NCBI GenBank assembly: GCA_018816805.1
Contig: JAHIVE010000015.1
Location: forward strand, 31,104-95,103
DNA length: 64,000 nucleotides
Direction: 5' to 3'
Origin: Patescibacteria group bacterium
GTDB taxonomy: Bacteria; Patescibacteriota; Gracilibacteria; UBA1369; 2-02-FULL-48-14
The notes under the pieces were generated by a model that made no database searches, was not told the DNA's origin, and saw only the letters and a list, made by a program, of their open reading frames with translations. Of this stretch, positions 28,392 through 36,077 are shown one piece after another. Both the position numbers and the translations under genes were made by a program. Numbering within the stretch: position 1 is the first letter of the stretch; each line of letters starts with the position of its first letter.

Positions 28392-29552
28392 TTACATGTT
28401 AACTATCATGCTAATAAAAAGGGGTAGTCCGCCTGCTACAGCTCCGGTTCCGGCAATTATGCCGCCTCCAATTAAGCCTTTTACAAGTGGCTGAGTGACT
28501 TTGTTCTTTGGTTCTTTTGTTTTTTCTTCTTTGCTTTGAGCTGACAGTACTTTTCTTTGTTCTTCTTCTGCTTCTTCATAGCGGGCTTCTTCACGCACTT
28601 GGGCTTCTTCAATTGATTGTCTTTTCCTGGCTACTCTGGCTTTTGCCGCCATAATGTTTGGCAGAGGGATTTGTGTTTCTTCCGGAATTTCCAGCGACGC
28701 GGCCTTGAATGGCGGAATTTCATGCATTGCTTCAACTTTTGGAATTGTGTAAGACATTGCCTCCGCTGCGGCCTGGAATGCTTTTCCGCGAGCTGCTGCG
28801 TTGGATTGTGAGACCTGTTCAAGTACCAACTCTTCTTGAGAAACCGGGCCGGTTCCGGGTTCAATTTGAGATTGTCCAAATTCTTCCGGCAAGAGAGTTT
28901 CTGTAACTTTTCGTGAAACTCCTTGTTGGTTTGTAAAAGTGAATTCAAGCGGTTGGTAAAGTGGCTGAGTTGTGTCTACTGCTACTGAGTAAGAAACATT
29001 TTGAGGGCTTACTGCTTCAATTTTTACCACGTGATTATCAACAACCCCGCTTTTAACTAAAAAGCGTTGATCTACAAGTTTTTTACGGGTTGCAAGGAGA
29101 ATTTGTTGATCAAATATCTCCTGAATGTCCGTTGTGGTGGTAATTAGGGTCGGTGAAAGGAAAATGTATTTTAACGGATCTACATTAGCGGCTTCTTCCG
29201 CTGTCATTATAACCTCAAAAGTAATCCCTTGATTGTTGCTGGCAAGCAATAATTGTCCGCGGAGAGCAAGTTGTCGTTTTTGTCTGGCTTCGTCAGAATT
29301 GCCGGTTACCAGTACATTTATGTCACGTTTGATACTTTCGTCTAACCAGTTTGTGAAATCTTGAGTTTTTTCTTCATCTGAGAGGATGAGAATTGAATTG
29401 CCTTTTTCAGCAACGTAGGAGAGGAATTTCTCCTTGTAGCCGACCGGCATGTTGCTTTTTTCCACAAATTGCATCAGTTCATCCGCGCTTGTGGCTTGCG
29501 GAAGCGATTCTATGAAGTCGAGTTTGAACTGGTTTTGGCTTTGTAAAATCAT
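28392..29552 (-). CDS. Tail-anchored protein of unknown function (386 aa)
   Basis: A single C-terminal hydrophobic segment, 'GLIGGGIIAGTGAVAGGLPLFISMIVNM'. ATGA overlap with the upstream gene. Confidence 0.7.
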   Translation of the reverse strand: MILQSQNQFKLDFIESLPQATSADELMQFVEKSNMPVGYKEKFLSYVAEKGNSILILSDEEKTQDFTNWLDESIKRDINVLVTGNSDEARQKRQLALRGQLLLASNNQGITFEVIMTAEEAANVDPLKYIFLSPTLITTTTDIQEIFDQQILLATRKKLVDQRFLVKSGVVDNHVVKIEAVSPQNVSYSVAVDTTQPLYQPLEFTFTNQQGVSRKVTETLLPEEFGQSQIEPGTGPVSQEELVLEQVSQSNAAARGKAFQAAAEAMSYTIPKVEAMHEIPPFKAASLEIPEETQIPLPNIMAAKARVARKRQSIEEAQVREEARYEEAEEEQRKVLSAQSKEEKTKEPKNKVTQPLVKGLIGGGIIAGTGAVAGGLPLFISMIVNM

Positions 29553-31060
29553 GCTATTTGAGATACACCTTGAGCGTCCAAGGATTCATTTATAAATATT
29601 TTTTGGCTATTGCCGTCTTTTTTACCCATGCCGTTTTCTGTGCGGTATAAGATTGCGGCAATTTGTTTTATTTCAGTTTCAAGTTTTTCTTTTGGAATGT
29701 GGCGGTATTTTTCCGATAGTGATTCGTATTGGATGCCAAGGTCTTCCAGGGTGAAATCCGTGAGCGGTTTGCCGTTTTTTTCATTGCGCTGAACTTGTCC
29801 GGCAATTCTGTCTGCGTTGTGGTAGTAAAATTCCGTTATTGGTCTGTTCAGACTGAGCATTGTAACTGTGTCTGATTCAATTTTGCTTTGCTTTTGTACG
29901 TTTACTTCAGCTGTGAATGCCTTCCCTTGAAGTGCTTCAGAGACTCTTCGCGTTGTAATACCATGTCCAATTCCGCCTGTGTATTCGTCTACAGCTGCAG
30001 CAAATACACCGACTGAACCCCAAAATGCTGGGTTTGCATAATCTCCTTGCAGGACAAGTGGCAGATTTGCTATGCCCGTCCACAGAGCTACGTTTTTAAT
30101 TACAAACCAGCCGACAATACCCTCAACCGAGAGTAATTTCCCGGCGAGATTTTGATGGTAAGCTCGTTGAAGATTTTCAACGGCTTGTTTTCTGATGTCT
30201 GAAAATGTCTTGATGTCCGACTGCATTTTTTCACTTAAAATGCTTTGCATGGCGATTTGGAATTCTCCAGCTCTTTTTGGAAAGCGGGAAATTGCGTCCT
30301 TACAAAGTTGTTCTCCCTGAATTGGTGTTATGTAACGCGTTAGCACCAGATTAGAAATTAGTTTTTGGGCGCCTTGTGTGTCTAAAATTTTTGAAAGTAG
30401 GGTGAGTCTTTGGCTTTCTGAAAGTACGTCCAGGAAGGCAAAAGCTCGGTATGTTTTTATACGTTGGTATGCCTGGGCGGGATTGTCAGAAGAATGTGAA
30501 ATTAATTCTCGCATTTCATTTTCCATACGTGTCCACTCTCCTTGTGTTGGTTCTTTTCCTTCAGACAGTTTACTGATTAATTGGATGTAATCTTTTGGAA
30601 TTTCCCTGCCCAATGATTCGGGTGATATTCCCACGCTTTCAAGTAGTGATGTTGTGTCCAGGTTTTGAAGAAGTTTGAATTGTTTTTCAACAAAAGTGGC
30701 AAGCTCTTCCAGATTGCTGATTTTTTTGTCTTGGTTGCCGGCCATGCTGAGCATGAGGTCAAAACGTAGGATCAGACTGTTCATGAGGGCTTGTTGTTTC
30801 TCCAGATACCACTGAGGTGTTTTTTCAGTGTGTGCCTCTATATCTTTTTTTCGAATTTCTTGCACCAAGTTGTAAACTTCAGCAGATTTTTTCAGAAATA
30901 TACTCTCGAGTGTATTTTTTGTTGATAAACCTCGCTCGTATGTGCCAATGACGATATCTATTCGTTTGTTGATTGAAGTTTTGCCATCTTCCACTGACTT
31001 TTTCAGTTGTTCTTGGAGACTTTTGTCCAGTTTCGGTATTTCAGGGTTTTCGAAAGCCAT
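29549..31060 (-). CDS. Protein of unknown function (503 aa from M24 of the ORF) with a central pair of hydrophobic segments
   Basis: The ATG at 31060 lies 8 nt after the upstream stop. The ORF-track start at 31129 would overlap the upstream gene by 61 nt. Hydrophobic region: 'IVGWFVIKNVALWTGIANLPLVL..FWGSVGVFAAAV'. Confidence 0.65.
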   Translation of the reverse strand: MAFENPEIPKLDKSLQEQLKKSVEDGKTSINKRIDIVIGTYERGLSTKNTLESIFLKKSAEVYNLVQEIRKKDIEAHTEKTPQWYLEKQQALMNSLILRFDLMLSMAGNQDKKISNLEELATFVEKQFKLLQNLDTTSLLESVGISPESLGREIPKDYIQLISKLSEGKEPTQGEWTRMENEMRELISHSSDNPAQAYQRIKTYRAFAFLDVLSESQRLTLLSKILDTQGAQKLISNLVLTRYITPIQGEQLCKDAISRFPKRAGEFQIAMQSILSEKMQSDIKTFSDIRKQAVENLQRAYHQNLAGKLLSVEGIVGWFVIKNVALWTGIANLPLVLQGDYANPAFWGSVGVFAAAVDEYTGGIGHGITTRRVSEALQGKAFTAEVNVQKQSKIESDTVTMLSLNRPITEFYYHNADRIAGQVQRNEKNGKPLTDFTLEDLGIQYESLSEKYRHIPKEKLETEIKQIAAILYRTENGMGKKDGNSQKIFINESLDAQGVSQIA

Positions 31061-31068
31061 GTGGCGAT

Positions 31069-31590
31069 TTAAGCTAAACGTAAAATTCGAATAATAAGAT
31101 CCAAAAATGATTCTTGCTTTCCTTCCCACTCGGGTATTTGAGTGACAAGTAGAGTTCGAATTGGGGATGGATCCAAATTTTGCAGAGGAATTACAATTTC
31201 AGGGTGTGTTTTTCGGTTTGTCAGTAATCTTATTTCGTTTAGGTATGGCGGGTCGTGAAGAATCCAGAATCTCTTTATTTCACTGAATGCCAGTTTTGTT
31301 GAACCGAATTTTATCCCGTACGGAGAAATAATCACTTCAAGCATTTTTGGTTTTTTCCTGTGTTCCAAAACAATCAGGAGAGGCAAAAGTGCAAATACTA
31401 AAATCATTGACCAGGAGTGTGTGTAAAATGCATATGCAAGCAGTCCTGCGTCAATTGTGGCTGCAATAAAAAACCAGATTGGGCCGCGTTCGTAACGGGT
31501 GAATTCAGGACTGTACCACTTCATCCAAACCTGTTCGAATGAATTTTGGGTTTGCTCTGAATTATTTTTATTTTTGGTTTTCCCGGCCAT
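31069..31590 (-). CDS. Small membrane protein (173 aa) with two TM segments and a possible bacterial PH-like C-terminal domain
   Basis: 'PIWFFIAATIDAGLLAYAFY' and 'SMILVFALLPLLIVL', followed by a beta-rich ~90 aa region. It is the first gene after the promoter at 31619-31647. Confidence 0.6.
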   Translation of the reverse strand: MAGKTKNKNNSEQTQNSFEQVWMKWYSPEFTRYERGPIWFFIAATIDAGLLAYAFYTHSWSMILVFALLPLLIVLEHRKKPKMLEVIISPYGIKFGSTKLAFSEIKRFWILHDPPYLNEIRLLTNRKTHPEIVIPLQNLDPSPIRTLLVTQIPEWEGKQESFLDLIIRILRLA

Positions 31591-31618
31591 GCGTGGTTTT
31601 TTATTTTTTTATCTAATA

Positions 31619-31647
31619 ATTCTAGCACAAAACGCCATTTTTTTCAA
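31619..31647 (-). promoter_or_regulatory. Sigma70-like promoter for the 31590-26472 gene string
   Basis: On the minus strand: TTGAAA (31647-31642), a 17-nt spacer, then TAGAAT (31624-31619). Confidence 0.5.
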
Positions 31648-31662
31648 GTAGTCCATGTATGC

Positions 31663-31692
31663 AAAAAAGGCCCCCTCAACGGGGGCCTTTTT
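31663..31692. terminator. Bidirectional intrinsic terminator downstream of rpsR
   Basis: ggccccc (31669-31675), loop tcaac, gggggcc (31681-31687), flanked by an A6 run and a T5 run. Confidence 0.75.
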
Positions 31693-31700
31693 AATAAATT

Positions 31701-31919
31701 CTAGTACTTACGTGTGTATGGGAGCATTCCCATTTCACGCGCTCGTTTTATGGCTAATGCCAGCTGTTTTTGCTGCCTCAGTGAAATCCCAGAATAATAG
31801 TGTGGAACGATCCGTCCGAAAGAAGAAAGATATCCACGAAGGGTTTCAACGTCTTTGTAGTCAATATATTCCGGTAATTCCGGACGAGCTGTTTTTTGTA
31901 GTTTAACTTTTTTTGACAT
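31701..31919 (-). CDS. rpsR: 30S ribosomal protein S18
   Basis: 'IDYKDVETLRGYLSSFGRIVPHYYSGISLRQQKQLALAIKRAREMGMLPY', in the classic rpsF-ssb-rpsR order. Confidence 0.92.
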   Translation of the reverse strand: MSKKVKLQKTARPELPEYIDYKDVETLRGYLSSFGRIVPHYYSGISLRQQKQLALAIKRAREMGMLPYTRKY

Positions 31920-31930
31920 GAGAAAATTTA

Positions 31931-32470
31931 TTAAAACATGTTGTCATCTTCGATGTTTGCAGACAAACCACCGGCTTCGTCCTTGTTTTGGTCGTCAGAA
32001 GCTGAGTCGTCTCCTGTGGTAGGTTCGTCACTGGCTCCATCATCACTAATTGAGCCTGAGCCCATTCTTGGTTCTTCTGTGTGAGATTCTTCGTCAACAC
32101 TGTAGCCATCTTCACCTGTTGGAAGGTATTCGCCTTCGCCTCGTTTTTCAAGCATAATCATGTCTTGCAATACTACTTCTGTGCGGAAACGACGAGTTCC
32201 GTCTTCCATATCCCAAGAACGTGTTTTTAGATAGCCTTCAACATAAACCAACATCCCTTTCTTGAGGTATTTTTGGCAAATTTCTGCTAAACGAGCCCAT
32301 GCTACACATTCATGGAATTCTGCGGAGTCTTTTCTTTCTCCGTTTGATGTTACCCATTGGCGGTTTGTAGCCAAACCGAAGGTAACGATTGATTGACCTG
32401 ATGTGGTCGATTTAAGTTCAGGATCTCGGGTGAGATTCCCGACCAGGATCACTTTGTTGACACTTCGCAT
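31931..32470 (-). CDS. ssb: Single-stranded DNA-binding protein
   Basis: 'VNKVILVGNLTRDPELK..TFGLATNRQW' OB-fold N-terminus, an acidic C-terminal tail ending DDNMF, and synteny. Confidence 0.93.
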   Translation of the reverse strand: MRSVNKVILVGNLTRDPELKSTTSGQSIVTFGLATNRQWVTSNGERKDSAEFHECVAWARLAEICQKYLKKGMLVYVEGYLKTRSWDMEDGTRRFRTEVVLQDMIMLEKRGEGEYLPTGEDGYSVDEESHTEEPRMGSGSISDDGASDEPTTGDDSASDDQNKDEAGGLSANIEDDNMF

Positions 32471-32487
32471 GTGATAAAAGTTATGAA

Positions 32488-32982
32488 TTAAATGTCAATA
32501 TCTGTATCTTCGATGATTGCTTGAAGCTGTTCATCGAGTTTCGTAGATTTTTTTGGTGTTGCTTCTGTTTCCTCTTCAGGTGCAGGTTTTGAGGTCTTTT
32601 TTGCTTTTACTTTTTCATTCAATTCTTCTGCGTGGCGAGATTTAAGTTTTCGCCCGGTAGAAGGCTTTTTTTCAGTGCTGTAACGTGTAATTTTGTAATT
32701 TTCAGGGACTTTGATGAGTAGATAACGTAAAACTTCCGTTTGAATGCGGAGTTCTCTGTGCAGCTCTACCGAACCTTCAGGTTCGCCCTCAAAGTTCATA
32801 ACTACATAATAACCGGAGCTGCGCCCTTTGATTTTGTATGCAAAGTCGCGCTTGCCCCAAACGTCTTCTTCAACCATTTCAAAGCCGTTTTCTTTGATGT
32901 GTGATTTGACCTCATTTAGTGCCTTTTCAAGCTGTTTGTCGGTAAGGCGCGGGTCAAGAATGACCATTAATTCGTATTTCAT
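32488..32982 (-). CDS. rpsF: 30S ribosomal protein S6 with a basic/acidic C-terminal extension
   Basis: 'MKYELMVILDPRL..', 'WGKRDFAYKIKG..GYYVVMNFE', and synteny. Confidence 0.9.
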   Translation of the reverse strand: MKYELMVILDPRLTDKQLEKALNEVKSHIKENGFEMVEEDVWGKRDFAYKIKGRSSGYYVVMNFEGEPEGSVELHRELRIQTEVLRYLLIKVPENYKITRYSTEKKPSTGRKLKSRHAEELNEKVKAKKTSKPAPEEETEATPKKSTKLDEQLQAIIEDTDIDI

Positions 32983-32992
32983 CTGTGTGGGG

Positions 32993-33472
32993 TTAATCCC
33001 TTCGTCCTAAACTTTGACGAAGGACAGACGCGGTGGAATTTAACACAGACTGCACACTTTCGCAAGGAGATTTTGCGCTGTATTCCTCTGGTGGGTAAAT
33101 TTGGTCAAAACCAGGTTGATGGCTGTAGGATGCCAAAACTTCAGGATCGGAGAGGGCTTGGAGAATTTTTTGCATTGTATGGATTCTGTCGTTGATTTTT
33201 GTGTAGATGTGTCTTAATTCACCAATAGAATAATCTACATGTGCTAATTTCAGAAGTATTAGCATTAAGTCCTCCCCTGCGGTTATTGCTTGGATTGCTT
33301 CTTTTCTGAGGTAGAGGCGGTAATTGTTTTCTTCATCCCAGAGTTTTTGTGCATCCCTTGGGTTTGCCAGGTGGACAATATGTACGGCAGCATTTTGGTA
33401 GTGCTCAAGAAAAATGGCTTCTTTGGCTTCAAAATGGATTTCTTCCGGTGATTTTTGGGGGCTTAATTCCAT
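32993..33472 (-). CDS. Hypothetical protein (159 aa)
   Basis: ORF tightly packed (10 nt) upstream of rpsF on the same strand. No motif. Confidence 0.5.
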   Translation of the reverse strand: MELSPQKSPEEIHFEAKEAIFLEHYQNAAVHIVHLANPRDAQKLWDEENNYRLYLRKEAIQAITAGEDLMLILLKLAHVDYSIGELRHIYTKINDRIHTMQKILQALSDPEVLASYSHQPGFDQIYPPEEYSAKSPCESVQSVLNSTASVLRQSLGRRD

Positions 33473-33483
33473 GTTTTTGTGCG

Positions 33484-34026
33484 TTATTTTGCCTTTGCCA
33501 TAACTTCTTCAACAAAAATTGAGCCGCTGTCGTTGCTGGTGATTTCAAAGTGGACATCTTGGTAGTTTGTCTTCATTCGCTCTTGCCAAGATGGAACTTT
33601 TTTGGCATTTTCCGCCTTGGCTTTTTCAATTCTGTCCGGTCCTGTCCAAACTGTACCTCTTGTGTCTATTACGCGGTGCGGGGTCTGGCCCGGCGCAGTG
33701 GGATTTAAATTTACCGAATATTCAAAAACATACGTGTCATTTTCTTTCCGTGCGTTTACTGAAAATTCTGAAAGTGTGAAGGAATTTTTGGGGTTTCTTA
33801 TTTCCTCTTCAATGTGAGCGATGAAGGCCTTGTAGGCATCTTTGTGAAGTTCTGACAGGTTTTGGCCGCGTAGAGTTAGAGTTCTTTTTGGACCTTCGAC
33901 TTTGTATTCTGGCGAAGCGGTTGCGGCGATTGCTTCATTTGCTTGGATTCGCAGATTTTCAATTGTTGGATTGCAAGCCAGAGCGACCGAAAGCGCTAAT
34001 GTTGATAATTTGGGGTATTTTTCCAT
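33484..34026 (-). CDS. Probable lipoprotein (180 aa)
   Basis: N-terminal 'LSTLALSVALAC' is a lipobox-like L-A-C. Confidence 0.55.
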   Translation of the reverse strand: MEKYPKLSTLALSVALACNPTIENLRIQANEAIAATASPEYKVEGPKRTLTLRGQNLSELHKDAYKAFIAHIEEEIRNPKNSFTLSEFSVNARKENDTYVFEYSVNLNPTAPGQTPHRVIDTRGTVWTGPDRIEKAKAENAKKVPSWQERMKTNYQDVHFEITSNDSGSIFVEEVMAKAK

Positions 34027-34153
34027 CTTGAAAAATGAGCTGTATTTTTAACAGATGACGGTTTTTTAGTCAAACTTCTGTAGAACTGCAATTAGGCAAT
34101 CTTGACGTTTGGGTACAGATATTGTATGTTTCACTCTAATTTTATTAAATATA

Positions 34154-35221
34154 ATGACTGAAATTCAAAATAATACACCTGAAGAATCACAAATTCAGGA
34201 TCTCTCAGAAAATCCTGGTTGTTTCCCACAATGGATCCCAAGTTGGGTTCGTAAAACCGTAATTTTTGTTCTTGGTCCGCATTTATTTGAAGCTCCAAAA
34301 CAGCAAAATGTCGCGACGCGTGCTATTTCAGCGCCTTCAAAGAAAGAATCAGAGCGAGAAATTACTTTGGAGGATTTGAAGAGGAAAGTTAAAGAATTGC
34401 TTAATAAATATGCTGATGCAATTGAGAAAGAAGAATATTTTTTACCGGAGTATAAGGAGATTTTTAATGGTGCAGTTGATCGTTTTCTATCTGATTCGCC
34501 GGGATACGAAATGCATTTGGGTGCTTATTTGCCGAAAAATGCAAAAGCTCAATTTTCTTTTGGGCCTACTTTTAATGGATTGAGTGGTTCTGTGAAATTG
34601 CCTGATTCTTTTGATGAACGTCGTGATTGGGATTTGCTTGAATTAATTCATGAGTTGGCACATGGGGATCATGTTTTTGGAAATTATGAAAAACTTGGAC
34701 ATAATGAGTTTGTGCGAAGACATAATGAGGAGTCTCAGCGGTTTGGTGTAAAGGCTGCATTGCTATATTCTGAAGCACGTTCACATATGATCCAATTGTT
34801 GTTGGCGGATATTTTATCTGGCGGTTTATTCCGCGCATATGTTGAGGAGGCAGGACCTGCTCATGCAAGTGGTGGTTTTGAAGCTTCAAATAGGATTGCG
34901 GAAAGATATGTTCCACAAATTGCGGAAAGATTGAATGTCCCTGACAATAGATTTGACATGAACAATGTTGCAAAATTAATGCGGCTTGCGTCTGCTATTT
35001 TCACAAGAGAACCGGATGCAGAAAAACCTTGGCCGGCAAGTTATGTTAGTGAATTAGTAAGAGATTATGCTCGCGTTGGAATTGAGACTTTTATCTACAT
35101 GCCAGCTGATTGTGAACAAATACCTGATGGTGTTATGTATGAATATTTGGAAAGTCCTGCTCGAGCTATTAAATTCATGAATAAAGATGGAGAGGTCGGC
35201 GGAAAGATGATGGATATTTAA
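34154..35221 (+). CDS. Hypothetical protein with an HExxH motif, possibly a zinc metallopeptidase
   Basis: 'LIHELAHGDH'. I prefer the ATG at 34154 over the TTG at 34109 given in the ORF track. Confidence 0.45.
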   Translation: MTEIQNNTPEESQIQDLSENPGCFPQWIPSWVRKTVIFVLGPHLFEAPKQQNVATRAISAPSKKESEREITLEDLKRKVKELLNKYADAIEKEEYFLPEYKEIFNGAVDRFLSDSPGYEMHLGAYLPKNAKAQFSFGPTFNGLSGSVKLPDSFDERRDWDLLELIHELAHGDHVFGNYEKLGHNEFVRRHNEESQRFGVKAALLYSEARSHMIQLLLADILSGGLFRAYVEEAGPAHASGGFEASNRIAERYVPQIAERLNVPDNRFDMNNVAKLMRLASAIFTREPDAEKPWPASYVSELVRDYARVGIETFIYMPADCEQIPDGVMYEYLESPARAIKFMNKDGEVGGKMMDI

Positions 35222-35222
35222 A

Positions 35223-36077
35223 TTAAGCGAATTTTATCTGTTCCAGGAGGTATTGGGTGCCTTCCGGGCCCCAGAGTTTTTTGCCCGTCGAGTCCAGAAC
35301 AGGAAGGGGGTAGACGGATGGTGTTTGGGCACCGACTGTGAAGGAGGTGCCGTAGTCGCCAGAGAGAAATTCGGCGTCATTTTTGCCTTTTTGGGCTTGA
35401 TCGCCTACGACGAGGATGTCTTTTATTGGGATGCGGAGGTGCTCAGACCAGCTTTTGATGGCTTTACCTTTGCCGCTTTCACGTGGGATTATCACGGAAC
35501 CTATGCCGGAGTCTTCAACGGAGAAATCTTTGGAGAGGCCCATTTCGTCTATGATTTTTGTCAGACGTGAGGCGGTTTTTTTTGAGACGTGGTTGATGAA
35601 GCGAGGGAAAATGTAGAACGGGCGAGGAAAGTGAACAATGATTGAATGAGTGCGAATGCTTATTACTGCGTGCCAGCCGAGTCGATCTTTTAAAAAGGCT
35701 TGCATTGCCTCTTGGGTGATTTTTTTGTTTGGCCAGGGGATTTCAAAGAATTTTTTGTATTTTTGGGTTCGGCAGTCGTAAAAAAACCCAATTCCGCCGT
35801 TTTCGCAGAAAATGAACCAACGAGTGCGATGTTCGTTTGTTTGCGGGCCGGCGTCGCAGATGTGTTGGAGACGGGTTTGGACATGTTCAATGTCGCGGCC
35901 GGTGCAAATTGCGAGAGGTACGTGGCCCGGTATGTGAGCCAGGGTTTTTATTAGGTGGCCTGGCATTATAAATTTTCTGATGTCCGTTAGAGTTCCGTCT
36001 ATGTCAAAAGCCGCGGCTTTGAATTTTTTTTTCATTGCGGAGTCGTGTGCTTTTTTTTGAGCCGAGGTGAGTTTCAT
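35223..36077 (-). CDS. HAD-superfamily (Cof-like, IIB) phosphatase
   Basis: Motif I 'AAFDIDGTLT' and motif IV-like 'VVGDQAQKGKNDAEF'. ATGA overlap with mutS. Confidence 0.7.
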   Translation of the reverse strand: MKLTSAQKKAHDSAMKKKFKAAAFDIDGTLTDIRKFIMPGHLIKTLAHIPGHVPLAICTGRDIEHVQTRLQHICDAGPQTNEHRTRWFIFCENGGIGFFYDCRTQKYKKFFEIPWPNKKITQEAMQAFLKDRLGWHAVISIRTHSIIVHFPRPFYIFPRFINHVSKKTASRLTKIIDEMGLSKDFSVEDSGIGSVIIPRESGKGKAIKSWSEHLRIPIKDILVVGDQAQKGKNDAEFLSGDYGTSFTVGAQTPSVYPLPVLDSTGKKLWGPEGTQYLLEQIKFA

